A DNA stretch of 64,000 nt from Myxococcales bacterium (GCA_047601445.1 JASGJH010000001.1:2176001-2240000); one strand, 5' to 3'; numbered from the stretch's first letter, positions 50,578 through 62,100 are shown. Program-made: numbers and translations. The notes: generated from the letters alone by a model not told the origin.

Positions 50578-51468
50578 TCACGGCTTCATGCGCACTTTCA
50601 TCTGCGGCCGCGGCGCGAGCCCAGCGTCCGCCAGCGCGGTCAACGCCAGCTTCTGCAGCTCGGGCTTCGTGTTCTTCTGGACGAAGGGCGCCAGCATGTT
50701 CGGGTCGAGCGCCACCAGCGAGTCGAGCGCCTTCTTGGCCAGGCCGCGGTTCTTGGTCGCCGAGTAGGTGTAGACCTGCGCGCGATACAGCAGCGGAGCG
50801 ATTTCGCCCGTCAACGCCGGGTCATCCGCCTTGTACTCGTCGAGCAGCTTCTTGGCATCCTCGTGCTTGCCGGTGCGCGCGAAGGCCTCCGCGATGACCG
50901 CTGCATACTTGGCCTTCACCTTGGCGTCGGGCTGACGATCCAGCTTGATCTCGTCCACCAGCGGGCGGGCCTCCTTGGTGCGGTTGAGGAACAGGTACAT
51001 CATGGCGAGCTGCGAGCGCACCTCGTCTTGCACCACCGTGGGGGCCTTCTCGATGTCGATGGCCTCGAGCGCCGCGAGCGCCTTCTGCGGGTCCTCCTGC
51101 GCCAGGAGCTGCGCCCGGGCCAGCGCCTTCATCGCATCCTTGTCGCCCCCCATGCTCAAGCGCTCGATGGCCTCGCGCCGTCCCGCGTCGCCCTGCGCAC
51201 CCTTCATGATGTCGAGGATCTCGCGCTGCTTTCGGGTCAGCCGGAACACGTAGATGCCGAGCCCGATGGCCGCCAGGGTCAGCGCGGCGACGACGCCGAC
51301 GCCCCAGTAGCCGATGGAGGGCGTCATCATCAGCGCCGTGATCCACAGCACGGCGAAGCCGCCCACGATGGCGCCCACCACCTTCCACTTGATGCCGGGC
51401 ATCTCCACTTGAGAGGCCGCCTGGGCGATATCGACTTTCTTGGGGGGACTGATTTTGGGCTTTGCCAC
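50578..51468 (-). CDS. Two-TM membrane protein with TPR-like helical domain
   Basis: GTG start VAKPKIS; two TM helices, then Ala/Leu-rich helical repeats; strong coding-type codon bias. Confidence 0.75.
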   Translation of the reverse strand: MAKPKISPPKKVDIAQAASQVEMPGIKWKVVGAIVGGFAVLWITALMMTPSIGYWGVGVVAALTLAAIGLGIYVFRLTRKQREILDIMKGAQGDAGRREAIERLSMGGDKDAMKALARAQLLAQEDPQKALAALEAIDIEKAPTVVQDEVRSQLAMMYLFLNRTKEARPLVDEIKLDRQPDAKVKAKYAAVIAEAFARTGKHEDAKKLLDEYKADDPALTGEIAPLLYRAQVYTYSATKNRGLAKKALDSLVALDPNMLAPFVQKNTKPELQKLALTALADAGLAPRPQMKVRMKP

Positions 51469-51800
51469 GGGCTCTTTACCTAGCTTGCACGCGCTCCCGG
51501 CCGCTCCGACAAAAGCAGGGGGAAACCTGGTGGTTTCGCGTTCGGGGGCTGGTGTAACCCTACCCCGCCGGCCCGGCAACAAGCCCAGCTGCGCACTGCG
51601 TCAAAGTGCCCCGGTGAGCGCTCGCCAGCGCCGAGGTTTGTGCGTCGGCACGCACATCGCCCCCCGGCGCAAAACCGCGCGGGCCGAAACCGTCTGACGG
51701 CCCGCAGAATGTTCGCCGGGCTGCCCAGGCGTGTACACTGACGCAGCGCGCCCCGCGCGCTTTTTCGACAGCCCTTCGGACGTAGGAGCCGGCCCCAACG

Positions 51801-53528
51801 ATGGCGCAGGACAATCGACTCGGTGAGCTACTGGTTCGTGAAAAGCTGATCAGCCTGACGCAGCTCCGGCAAGCCCAGGACGAGCAGAAAAAAGCCAACA
51901 CGACATTGAGCTACGCCCTGGCCAAGATGGGCATCATCTCGGACCGTGGAATCACGGACTTCCTGAGCCAGCAGTACCGCGTCGAGACCATCAACCTCGA
52001 CGAGTTCGACATCGACGAGGACGTGGTCAAGTTGGTGCCCCGCGAAGTCTGTCAGCGCCACGGCTTGATCCCGGTGTCACGCGCGGGCTCGTCGTTGATC
52101 GTCGCCATGAGCGACCCCTCGAACCTGCACGCCGTCGACGACATCAAGTTCCTCACCGGCTACAACGTGGAGCCCGTGGTGGCGCCCATCACCGCCATCG
52201 AGAAGGCGATCGCGTCGTTCTACGCCGTCCAGGAGAAGGTCGAGGAGATCAACTACGACCAGATCATGGAGGGCTTCGACGAGAACCAGATCGACTTCGA
52301 CTCCATGGAGAGTGAGGAGTCCAGCGTACTCGACCTCGAGCGCGCCTCGGAGGACGCCCCGGTGGTGCGCCTGTGCAACGCCATGTTGCTCAACGCAATC
52401 AAGAAGCGCGCCTCGGACATCCACATCGAGCCCTACGAAAAGCAAATGCGCGTGCGCTACCGCATCGACGGCGTGCTGCACGAGGAGATGCACCCGCCGC
52501 TCAAGCTCAAGAACGCCATCTCCTCGCGCCTCAAGATCATGGCCGCCCTGGACATCGCCGAGCGCCGCCTGCCGCAGGACGGTCGCATCAAGCTCAAGCT
52601 GGGCCGCGGCAAGGAGATGGACTTCCGCGTCTCCGTGATGCCCACGTTGTTCGGCGAAAAGATCTGCATGCGCCTGCTCGACAAGAGCAACCTGCAGCTC
52701 GACATGATGAAGCTCGGCTTCGAAGAGAAGCAGCTCAAGGACTTCAAGTGGGCCATCAACCAGCCCTACGGCATGGTGCTCGTCACGGGCCCGACGGGCT
52801 CGGGTAAGACCACCACGCTGTACTCCGCTCTGGCCGAGCTCAACACCGAAGACACCAACATCAGCACCGCCGAGGATCCCGTCGAGTACAACCTCTACGG
52901 CATCAACCAGTGCCAGATGCACGATGACATCGGGCTCAACTTCGCGGCCGCGCTGCGCTGCTTCCTGCGCCAGGATCCCGACATCATCATGGTGGGTGAG
53001 ATCCGCGACTTCGAGACCGCGGAAATCGCCATCAAGGCCGCGCTCACCGGCCACTTGGTGCTCTCCACGCTGCACACGAACGACGCGCCGAGCACCGTCT
53101 CGCGCATGCTCAACATGGGCGTCGAGCCCTTCCTGGTCACGGGCGCGCTCAACCTGGTGTTGGCGCAGCGCCTGGCGCGCAAGGTCTGCAACGACTGCAA
53201 GGCCCCCACCACCGTCGAGCCGCAGGCCCTGCGCGAGGTCGGCTTCACGGAGGATCAGATCAAGACGGCCCAGCTCGTGAAGGGCAAGGGTTGCTCCACC
53301 TGCGGCGGCAGCGGCTACAAGGGGCGCGTGGCGCTCTACGAAGTCATGCCCATGACCGACGCCCTCAAGGAGATGGTGCTCCAGGGCTGCTCCACGGCCG
53401 AGCTCAAGGAGCAGATGATCCGCGAAGGCATCTGGACCCTGCGCATGAGCGGTATCGACAAGGCCTGCAAGGGCGTCACCACGGTCGACGAGGTCACGAG
53501 CTGCACGGCCGCCGACCGCATCGGCTGA
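51801..53528 (+). CDS. pilB: Type IV-A pilus assembly ATPase
   Basis: N-terminal RLGELLV, ASDIHIEP, GPTGSGKTTT, LRQDPD, STLHTND, Zn motif CNDC...CSTC; AGGAG RBS. Confidence 0.93.
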   Translation: MAQDNRLGELLVREKLISLTQLRQAQDEQKKANTTLSYALAKMGIISDRGITDFLSQQYRVETINLDEFDIDEDVVKLVPREVCQRHGLIPVSRAGSSLIVAMSDPSNLHAVDDIKFLTGYNVEPVVAPITAIEKAIASFYAVQEKVEEINYDQIMEGFDENQIDFDSMESEESSVLDLERASEDAPVVRLCNAMLLNAIKKRASDIHIEPYEKQMRVRYRIDGVLHEEMHPPLKLKNAISSRLKIMAALDIAERRLPQDGRIKLKLGRGKEMDFRVSVMPTLFGEKICMRLLDKSNLQLDMMKLGFEEKQLKDFKWAINQPYGMVLVTGPTGSGKTTTLYSALAELNTEDTNISTAEDPVEYNLYGINQCQMHDDIGLNFAAALRCFLRQDPDIIMVGEIRDFETAEIAIKAALTGHLVLSTLHTNDAPSTVSRMLNMGVEPFLVTGALNLVLAQRLARKVCNDCKAPTTVEPQALREVGFTEDQIKTAQLVKGKGCSTCGGSGYKGRVALYEVMPMTDALKEMVLQGCSTAELKEQMIREGIWTLRMSGIDKACKGVTTVDEVTSCTAADRIG

Positions 53529-53735
53529 CCCGCGACCTTCCTCCGCTCCCACCCGTGGGCCAGAGCCAGCGGCCCTTCCCACCATCGCGGCCTCTCTCCA
53601 TCAGAGGGGCCGCCGGCGCCGCGCCTTGAGCGTCCTTGGCTGCCACCATCGCGGTCGGTCCCTGGGGCGCGGGGCAGCCCAAAGAGCGGCTGCGAATGCG
53701 TCTCCCCGGGCGTTACAACGGCCGTGGACCGGACC

Positions 53736-53863
53736 GATCTGTCCGCCAATGGGGGGTAGAACGTCGGCGGATCGTTCATCGATCGGCACCCAGATCGCGA
53801 CGGATCGCACTTGATCCAGCCCCGATCGCCGACCGACGGATCAAAAAAGAAGCACGCGTGATC
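53736..53863. repeat. Phased GATC cluster (9 sites)
   Basis: GATC at 53736, 53770, 53781, 53793, 53803, 53813, 53824, 53839, 53860. Confidence 0.75.
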
Positions 53864-53986
53864 CGTCGTTTTCTCTTTTTATTTCAACAGCTTTTGTGAC
53901 CATACATCGCTTTGGCCCTATGTTTTGTGACGCTACGTTGCACGTCAGCCGTTGTCGTTCGCAAAAAGCGATGTTAGAAACTGGAC

Positions 53987-54214
53987 ATGCGGATCAGCAA
54001 CAGCTTCTCGGAAGGCGAAATCCAGGTAATGGATTTCATCGTTCAGACCCTCCTGCGCGGCGGCTCGCCCACCATGGCGGTCCGGAACAAGGACTTCGCG
54101 TCCCTGTGCCGCAAAATCATCGCGATGAAAACGCGCGTGAACGAAAAGCAGATCGCCGACGATCTCGGCGCCCCGGCCCCCAAGGCCGAAGAGACCCTGC
54201 AGCAAGTGGTCTGA
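53987..54214 (+). CDS. Small hypothetical protein (75 aa)
   Basis: MRISNSFSEGEIQVMDFIVQTLLRGG...; balanced composition and GC3-rich codons, unlike shadow ORFs; preceded by an AT-rich promoter-like region. Confidence 0.65.
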   Translation: MRISNSFSEGEIQVMDFIVQTLLRGGSPTMAVRNKDFASLCRKIIAMKTRVNEKQIADDLGAPAPKAEETLQQVV

Positions 54215-54317
54215 TCCCCGCTGCGGGAGCGGAAAACTGGCGCTGCCGGCCCTGGTTTCGCACGTGCAGAACGTGCGCTTCGACGAAGTCGATTGACAGG
54301 GTGCGTGGGGTCTCGTA

Positions 54318-55613
54318 GTGGGGCAGGCGATGCTGGTCTTTCGTGGAGCGCGGGTACTCGATCCATCGAGGCAACTCGATGATGTTCAAGACGTTGTAGT
54401 CGAAAACGGTCGCATCGCGCGGGTTGGGCGCGATGCAGGCGCAGGGCTCAACGGCGAGCGCGTGCGAGTGGTCGACGCGCGCGGGCTGTGGCTCGCTCCC
54501 GGTTTCGTGGACCTGCACGTGCACTTCCGCGAGCCGGGTCAGGAGTACAAAGAGGACATCACCACGGGGCTCGCCGCCGCAGCTGCGGGGGGCTTCACGG
54601 CGGTCTGTCCGATGCCGAATACCAAGCCCATCAACGACAACCGGGCCATCACCGAAATGATGGTGGCCAAGGCCAAGTCGGTCGGTGGGCCTCGCCTCTT
54701 GCCCTTTGGTGCCATCACCAAGAAGGCGGAAGGCAAGGAGCTCACCGAGATGGCCGACCTGCGCGATGCGGGGGCCATCGGTGTGAGCGATGACGGCGTG
54801 TGCGTGATGAACGCGGCGGTGATGCGCCGGGCTTTGGAGTACGCGAAGACCTTCGACCTCCTGGTGTCCCAGCATTGCGAGGACCACAACCTCACCGCCA
54901 AAGCTCTGATGCACGAGGGCGTGGTGAGCACGAGGCTCGGTCTGCGGGGTTGGCCGCGGGTGGCCGAGGACATCATCGTCGCTCGTGATCTCCTGCTCAC
55001 CGAAGCCGTCGGCGGGGCGCGCTATCACGTGGCGCACATCTCGAGCATGGTCTCCGTGCGTCTACTGCGAGAGGCCAAGTCTCGAGGCATGAAGGTCTCG
55101 GCCGAGGTCACGCCTCACCACCTCACGCTTACGGACGAAGCGCTGCTCTCGTACGACACCTACTGCAAGGTCAATCCGCCGATCCGCAGCGAAGAAGACC
55201 GTGCTGCCCTCATCGAGGCCGTCAAGGACGGCACGATCGACTGCATCGCGACCGACCACGCCCCCCACAGCGACCTGGAAAAGGACTGCGAATTCCAGGA
55301 AGCAGCCAACGGCATCAACGGTCTCGAGACGACCTTCGCCGCGCTCCTGCCGCTGGTTACCCAGGGGCATTTCTCGGCGCTGCGCCTGGTGGAGGCGCTC
55401 TCCACCTCGCCGTGTCGCGTAGCTCAGATCGAGGGCGGCACGCTCAAAGAGGGCGCACGCGCGGATCTGGTGCTGCTGGACCCCGGCCTACGCTGGACGA
55501 TCACGCGGGAAGCGCTACGTTCGCGCTCGCACAACACCCCCCTCCTGAACAAGGAAGTCGTCGGCGCAGTGCGGATGACTGTAGTCGGGGGAGACGTCGT
55601 GTGGGAGCGATGA
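54318..55613 (+). CDS. pyrC: Dihydroorotase
   Basis: DLHVHFREPG, MPNT, EVTPHH, KVNPP, ATDHAPH. Confidence 0.95.
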   Translation: MGQAMLVFRGARVLDPSRQLDDVQDVVVENGRIARVGRDAGAGLNGERVRVVDARGLWLAPGFVDLHVHFREPGQEYKEDITTGLAAAAAGGFTAVCPMPNTKPINDNRAITEMMVAKAKSVGGPRLLPFGAITKKAEGKELTEMADLRDAGAIGVSDDGVCVMNAAVMRRALEYAKTFDLLVSQHCEDHNLTAKALMHEGVVSTRLGLRGWPRVAEDIIVARDLLLTEAVGGARYHVAHISSMVSVRLLREAKSRGMKVSAEVTPHHLTLTDEALLSYDTYCKVNPPIRSEEDRAALIEAVKDGTIDCIATDHAPHSDLEKDCEFQEAANGINGLETTFAALLPLVTQGHFSALRLVEALSTSPCRVAQIEGGTLKEGARADLVLLDPGLRWTITREALRSRSHNTPLLNKEVVGAVRMTVVGGDVVWER

Positions 55614-56734
55614 CCAAGACCGCATCCAGAACACCTGCACGCCTCGTGCTCGCCGATGGGCGCGTCTTCGAAGGCGTGTCGATGGGCGCCACCGCCAGCA
55701 CCGTTGGCGAGGTCGTGTTCACCACCGGCATGACCGGCTATCAAGAGGTCATCACCGACCCGTCCTACGCTGGACAGCTGGTCACCATGACCGCGCCACA
55801 AATGGGCAACACGGGCGTCAACGTCGAAGACACCGAGACCGACAAGCCGCGCGTGGCGGGCTTCATCGTTCATGAGCTGAGCTCGGTGGTGAGCAACTGG
55901 CGCGCGAACGAGTCCCTCGACGCCTACCTCAAGCGCCACAACATCACGGGCATCGCCTGCGTCGACACCCGCGCGCTCACGCGGCACATCCGCGACACGG
56001 GCGCCCAGATGGCAGCCATCGGCACCGAAGACGCCAAGACCCTGCACGACCGCGCCAAGGCCGCTCCCTCCATGGACGGCTTGAACCTGGCCGACGGCGT
56101 CAGCACCAGCGAGCGGTACGAGTGGACCCAGGGCTCCGGCGTGTGGCAATCCGTGACCCCGACCGGTGGGTCGCGTCACGTGGTGGCCGTGGACTTCGGC
56201 GTCAAGCTCAACATCCTGCGTTGCTTGGTCGACTCGGGCTGCCGCGTCACCGTGGTCCCCTCCCAGACCAGCGCGAGCGACATCCTGGCGCTCAAGCCCG
56301 ATGGCATCTTTCTCTCCAACGGCCCCGGTGACCCCGCCGCCGTGGGCCATGCGGCCAAGACCATCCGCGAGCTGCTGGGCAAAAAGCCGGTCTTCGGGAT
56401 TTGCCTGGGCCACCAGCTGCTTTCGCTCGCCATCGGCGGCAATACCTACAAGCTCAAGTTCGGCCATCGAGGCCTGAATCAGCCCGTCAAGGACCTGGCC
56501 ACCGGCCGCATCGAGGTCACCACGCAGAACCACGGGTTTTGCGTGGACGTCGACTCGATGAAGGGCAAGGCCACGATGTCCCACATCCATCTCAACGATG
56601 GAACCTGCGAAGGCATCGAGCACCCCGAGAGTGGCGCCTTCAGCGTGCAGTACCACCCGGAGTCCAGCGCGGGTCCCCACGACGCCCGCTACCTGTTCGC
56701 GCGCTTCGTCGAGCGCATCGACCGGGCTCGCTGA
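55610..56734 (+). CDS. carA: Carbamoyl-phosphate synthase small subunit
   Basis: Start MTKTASR (ATGA overlap); GEVVFTTGMTGYQE, LSNGPGDP, GICLGHQ, QYHPE. Confidence 0.97.
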   Translation: MTKTASRTPARLVLADGRVFEGVSMGATASTVGEVVFTTGMTGYQEVITDPSYAGQLVTMTAPQMGNTGVNVEDTETDKPRVAGFIVHELSSVVSNWRANESLDAYLKRHNITGIACVDTRALTRHIRDTGAQMAAIGTEDAKTLHDRAKAAPSMDGLNLADGVSTSERYEWTQGSGVWQSVTPTGGSRHVVAVDFGVKLNILRCLVDSGCRVTVVPSQTSASDILALKPDGIFLSNGPGDPAAVGHAAKTIRELLGKKPVFGICLGHQLLSLAIGGNTYKLKFGHRGLNQPVKDLATGRIEVTTQNHGFCVDVDSMKGKATMSHIHLNDGTCEGIEHPESGAFSVQYHPESSAGPHDARYLFARFVERIDRAR

Positions 56735-56779
56735 GCGTGTTGATAGACGGGAGGGCACGCGCCCTCCCCGCCCAGTGCG

Positions 56780-56831
56780 GCAAAGCCGCGCTGGGACCCA
56801 CCCCGCCGCGAGGTTCGCTACGCTCACGAAG
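56780..56831 (+). repeat. Dispersed 52-bp intergenic element, copy 2
   Basis: 41/52 identity to the reverse complement of 33975-34026; contains GGTTCGCTACGCTCAC. Confidence 0.65.
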
Positions 56832-57049
56832 CGCCTTGCTCTACGTGCTGTGCGTCCCCCCGCCGATCGAGCGGGCGCGCCATGAAACGTGCGTGACGGT
56901 CGATCGCGCTCGCTAAAACTGTGGCGATCCCCTCACCATAGGACGTCAGCGAGCCGGCCGTCCGGTCGCGCCCGCGCCAGCGAGCCGGCCGCGAATGAAT
57001 GCCGGTTCAGCCTCTTGAGTGCGCCGACGCTAGGTGGTATTTGCGCAGC

Positions 57050-57751
57050 ATGGACAAAGTGGTTGAAAGCGCAGCGAAAGCCGTCGCGGACATCCAGGAT
57101 GGGATGACCCTCCTGGCGGGTGGTTTCGGGTTGTGCGGTATTCCTGAGTTGTCCATCGCTGCCCTGGTCGAGAAGGGCGTCAAGAACCTCACCGTGGTCT
57201 CCAACAACTGCGGGGTCGACGACTTTGGCCTCGGGCTGATGCTGCGGAACAAGCAGATTGCCAAGATGGTCTCGAGCTACGTGGGCGAGAACAAAGAGTT
57301 CGAGCGCCAGGTATTGAACGGGGAGCTGCAGGTGGAGCTCACGCCCCAGGGCACGCTCGCGGAGAAGCTGCGGGCCGGTGGCGCGGGCATCCCGGCGTTC
57401 TTCACGCCAGCGGGCTACGGGACGCAAGTCGCCGAGGGCAAGGAGACGCGGCGCTTCGGCGACAAGGCGTACGTGCTGGAGCAGGCGATCACCGGCGACT
57501 TCGCCATCGTGAAGGCCAAGCGCGGGGACCGATTGGGTAACCTCGTCTTCGAGAAGACCGCGCGCAACTTCAACCCGCTGTGTGCCATGGCGGGTCGCAT
57601 CACCATCGCCGAAGTGGAGGAGTTGGTGGAAGTCGGGTCGCTCGAGCCCGACCAGATTCACCTGCCAGGCATCTTCGTGCAACGCGTCGTCGTGGGCACG
57701 GGCAAATACCAGAACCGCATCGAACGCGTGACCACGCGCAAGAAGGGATAA
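57050..57751 (+). CDS. scoA: 3-oxoacid CoA-transferase subunit A
   Basis: [35 protein letters not shown]. Confidence 0.93.
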   Translation: MDKVVESAAKAVADIQDGMTLLAGGFGLCGIPELSIAALVEKGVKNLTVVSNNCGVDDFGLGLMLRNKQIAKMVSSYVGENKEFERQVLNGELQVELTPQGTLAEKLRAGGAGIPAFFTPAGYGTQVAEGKETRRFGDKAYVLEQAITGDFAIVKAKRGDRLGNLVFEKTARNFNPLCAMAGRITIAEVEELVEVGSLEPDQIHLPGIFVQRVVVGTGKYQNRIERVTTRKKG

Positions 57752-57758
57752 TCGCCTT

Positions 57759-58412
57759 ATGTTGACTCGGGAGCAGGTTGCTAAACGGGCTGCCCAGGAA
57801 TTTCAGGACGGCAACTACGTCAATCTGGGCATCGGCTTGCCCACGCTCTGCGCCAACTACATCCCCGATGGCGTGGAGGTGCAGCTCCACAGCGAAAACG
57901 GCCTGCTCGGCACGGGTCCTTTTCCCCTTGAAGGCGAGCAAGATCCCGCGCTGATCAACGCGGGAAAGCAGACGGTCACCGCCCTCCCCGGGGCCGCCAC
58001 CTTCGACAGCGCCACCTCGTTCGCGATGATCCGTGGCGGTCACGTCGACGTGGCGGTGCTCGGCGGCATGGAGGTGTCCAAGACCGGCGACCTGGCGAAC
58101 TGGATGATCCCCGAGAAGATGATCAAGGGCATGGGCGGCGCGATGGACCTCGTGCATGGCGCCAAGAAGGTCATCGTGATCATGGAGCACACCAACAAGG
58201 AAGGTGAGCCCAAGATCCTGAACGAGTGCAAGCTCCCCCTCACCGGCGTGGGCGTGGTGCACCGTATCATCACGGATCTGGCGGTGATCGATGTGACCAA
58301 GGAGGGGCTCGTGCTGCGCGAGGTGGCGCCGGGTGTGAGCGCGGCCGAGGTGCAGGCCAAGACCGAAGCTCCCTTGTTCGCCTCCGAAGACCTGAAGCCC
58401 ATCGAAGTCTGA
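57759..58412 (+). CDS. scoB: 3-oxoacid CoA-transferase subunit B
   Basis: VNLGIGLPT, catalytic [12 protein letters not shown]. Confidence 0.93.
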   Translation: MLTREQVAKRAAQEFQDGNYVNLGIGLPTLCANYIPDGVEVQLHSENGLLGTGPFPLEGEQDPALINAGKQTVTALPGAATFDSATSFAMIRGGHVDVAVLGGMEVSKTGDLANWMIPEKMIKGMGGAMDLVHGAKKVIVIMEHTNKEGEPKILNECKLPLTGVGVVHRIITDLAVIDVTKEGLVLREVAPGVSAAEVQAKTEAPLFASEDLKPIEV

Positions 58413-58421
58413 GCAGCGCCC

Positions 58422-58901
58422 ATGCCCAAGGCCAAAGGCGCGTCCAAGACCAGCGCCGGCCTCTTGATGGTGCGGCGCTGTGGTGTCAGCTGGGAGTTCT
58501 TGCTCGCTCATCCGGGCGGGCCCTTCTTTGCCCGCAAAGACGACGGCGCCTGGAGCGTCCCCAAGGGACTCCCCGAAGGCGAAGAAGACCTGCTGGCAGC
58601 CGCCAAGCGTGAGTTCGTGGAGGAGACCGGGTTCGACTGCGAGAGCGACACCTATCTCCCGTTGGGCCACGTGGTGCAGGCTGGTGGGAAGACGGTGCAC
58701 GCCTGGGCCTTCGTGGGGGACTGCCGCCCGGAGGAGCTCAAGAGCAACACCTTCATGCTCGAGTGGCCGCCCAAGAGTGGGCGCATGCGCGAGGTGCCGG
58801 AGATCGATCGCGTGGCGTTCTTCGATGCGGAGCGGGCGCGCGTGAAAATGAATCCTGCCCAGTCGGCGTTCATCGATCGCGCACTGGCGCTGCTGCGCTG
58901 A
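58422..58901 (+). CDS. NUDIX hydrolase
   Basis: HPGGPFF, WSVPKG...AAKREFVEETG Nudix box, EWPPKSG. Confidence 0.92.
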   Translation: MPKAKGASKTSAGLLMVRRCGVSWEFLLAHPGGPFFARKDDGAWSVPKGLPEGEEDLLAAAKREFVEETGFDCESDTYLPLGHVVQAGGKTVHAWAFVGDCRPEELKSNTFMLEWPPKSGRMREVPEIDRVAFFDAERARVKMNPAQSAFIDRALALLR

Positions 58902-59161
58902 TCCCCCTGTTTTTTGTCCGAATGGCCTTCAAGGATCCGGGCGCGATGTGCAGGCGATCGCGAGGCGCTGTCGCGTGATGTGCGAGAGCTGCGACAAGCG
59001 CCTCTAAAAACCTGTCCAAAAACCCACGTAAAACATCGTTTACTTGGATGATTGAATCCAATCTAAGTTGTGACTTGGCTCCTCAATCTACGGCGGTTGA
59101 AACAATCTGACGAGAACGGATAAGATCGTGACCGTTGTCTTCCCTGTTTCAGGAGCGCCCG

Positions 59162-62100
59162 ATGCGTCGTGGTCCAAGCTGGTTCCGAGCAGCTTTCTTG
59201 TGTTGTTCCTTGCTGGTCGTCGCGTGTAGCGGCGATGGCGGCAAGGGTGGTGGTCGCATCAAGCCCGACGGCGACGATGCCGGCGATGGCAATGATGGCG
59301 GCGGCCACTTCGATTGGGATACCGACGCCGGCCAAGACGCATCCACTGCAGGATGCAAGAAAGTCTGCGATCCGGACGACTGCGGTGAAGCAGTGGCCGA
59401 TCGTTGCGGCGGGTTCCTCAGCTGCAGCAGCTGTACGGACGGCAAGATTTGCGGCGTCCTCCGGGAAGACAAGTGCGACTTTCCGCAGCCGGCTCAGTGT
59501 ACGCCGAAGACCGCGGCCGAAGTCTGCGTCGGCAAGTGCGGCGCGGTGGCGGATGGTTGTAGCGACGTCATCCTGTGTGACGGCTCGAACGGCGGCCTGA
59601 CCTGCGGCGCGAGCCAGTTCTGTAAGAACGAAGCCTGCGTGGACCCCGCAGGCATCCCGCCCAAGCAGCCGAGCGAAGTGTGCTCGGGCAAGTGCGGCTT
59701 CGTGAGCGATGGCGTCAGCGGCGTGGTGGAGTGTACCGGCGCCAACGGCGGCCTCACCTGCGCAGCCGACGAGATTTGCCAGGGCAATGCCTGCGTCGAT
59801 CGCCCGCCGGAGCCCGCCTGTCTGACGGCGGCCGACTGCACGGGCAAGTGCGGCTTCATCAACGACAAGTGCGGCGGGTTCATCGACTGCGATCCCAACC
59901 ACAACGTCTGCGGCGCCGGCTACGAGTGCAAGAGCAACGCCTGCACGCAGATCCCGAACGTGCCCAACCCGCCGGCGTGTCAGCCGACCCAGACCATCCA
60001 GCAAGCCTGCGCCAACAAGTGCGGCTTCGTGAACCACGAGTGCGGCGTCTACGACTGCAGTTCGCTCGGCGGCGCTGGCAACACCTGCAGCGGCGGCAAG
60101 GTCTGCACCAACAGCACCTGCGTCACGCCCACCGTGCCCGTCTGCACGCCGGACACGTCGAGCCACAACAAGTGCCCGGCGGTGGCTGGAAAGACGGCCT
60201 GCGGTAGCGTCCCCCAGTACGAGTGCAACGCCAACTACGACTGCGGCACCTGCGGCAACGGCGAGACCTGCGGCGCCGGCGGCGCCAACCTGTGCGGCAC
60301 CACGCCGACCTGCCAGGCTCCGACCATCGCGACGGTTTGCAACGGCAAGTGCGGCGTCCTGCCCACCGGCTGCGGCAACGCGACCTACGACTGTGACGCC
60401 TATCACGGCGCCTGCAGCGGCGGTCAGACCTGCGGCGGCGGCGGCAAGTCGAACGTGTGCGGTACGCCCGCCACCACCTGCGTACCCCACGACTGCCAGG
60501 GCTCGACCTGCGGCAACTCCACGGACGGCTGCGGTCACCAGATCAGCTGCTGGCCCCAGGGGCAGACCCAGTGCGCCGCCGGCTCCACCTGCGCGGTGAA
60601 GAACGGCATCCAGCAGTGCGTGACCGGCGTCGAGACTTGCACCGGCAACCTGTGCAACTCCGCGTGTCCCAAGGACTCCACGGTGACCTTGAGCGGCACC
60701 GTGATTACCCCCGGCCGCAACGGTCACAACAAGCTGCCCGTTCCGAACGCCTTCGTGTACATCCCGGCCGACACGGACACCTCGAAGCTGCCTACGATCT
60801 TCGAAGGCGTCGCGGCCGGCAACGCTGCCTCCTGCGGCCGCTGCGCGGACGAGAAGCTCGTGGTCGACGGCCAGAGCGTGCTCGCTTGGGCCAAGACCGA
60901 CTACGACGGTAAGTTCACGCTGACGGGCCGCCTGCCCAAGAGCGCCATCTTCAGGATCGTGATCAAGATCGGTAAGTGGCGCGGTGTTCAGGAAGTTGCC
61001 GCCAACAAGGTGACGTCCTGCACGGGCACCTTCACGGCGGACGCTGCGTCGACCACGCTGCCGGCCACGCGCGGCGGCCTCGCGGGTAACAACCTGCCGA
61101 AGATCGCGATCTCCACCGGTAACGTGGACGAGATGGAGTGCGTGCTCCTGAACATGGGCTTCGACTCCAGCGAGTTCGCGGTGCCCACGGACGCCAACGC
61201 GCGCATCCACATGTACCGCGCCAACGGCGCCCAGATGGCGGCTGCGCCCATCACGTGCTCGGGCACCTACACCGCGAACAACAACACGGTGAACTGCAAC
61301 GCCACCGTGAACGGCACGGCGAACGCCGGCTGCGTCAATCGGCGCACGGGCTGCACCACCACGAGCTCGAACCAGGACTCGAACCTGACGAGCAGCCCGA
61401 CGACCTTGAACAAGTACGACATGGTCGTGTTCGACTGCGAAGGCTACGAGGAGCAGGAGGACACGGACGAGCCCAACCTCGAGACCTACGTGAACAACGG
61501 CGGACGCATGTTCGCCAGTCACTTCAGCTACATCTGGATCGAGGACAACGGCACCCTGAAGGATTCGGCTGCATGGCACCAGGACGGCAGCACCGGCTCC
61601 GGCACCGGCCTCCTCTCGCAACCCAGCGGCAACACGACGCGCACCCGCGCGGCGGGTGCCGACGCGGTCGCCCCGGCGGTGAAGGGCTTCAAGGCCATTC
61701 AGTTCGCCAAGTGGATGACCTACCAGGGCGCCCTCACGGGCACCGCGGCGGGCAACACCACCATCCCGGCCACGCCCCAGTTCTCCATCACCGACCCGCG
61801 TGACCGCGCCGGCGCCACCTCGGGTGCCGCGACCGACGAGTGGCTCTACCGCGATGTCGCCTACTGCTCCAACGGCGCCAGCCAGCTGTGCACGCAGAAG
61901 AGCGATTGCCGCGTGTGTACCACCAAGAACAACGGCAACCTCGTGTTCTGCGGCAGCGACAACGACTGCCCCAACAACGGCAGCTGTCAGTCCACCAACA
62001 ACGCGGCCACCGGCAACTGCATGACCGCAGTGTGCTCGAACAAGACCGACCGCTTCTGCTCCACGGCCAACGACTGCCGCGTGTGCCAGAACAGTGCGTC

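Noticed and set aside
53736..53900. GATC cluster plus AT-rich tract as a replication origin
   Set aside because: No TTATCCACA-type DnaA boxes were seen, and there are no dnaA, dnaN or parAB neighbours.
54318..56734. pyrC-carA without pyrB or carB as a novel pathway
   Set aside because: Split pyrimidine operons are common; the missing genes may lie outside the window.
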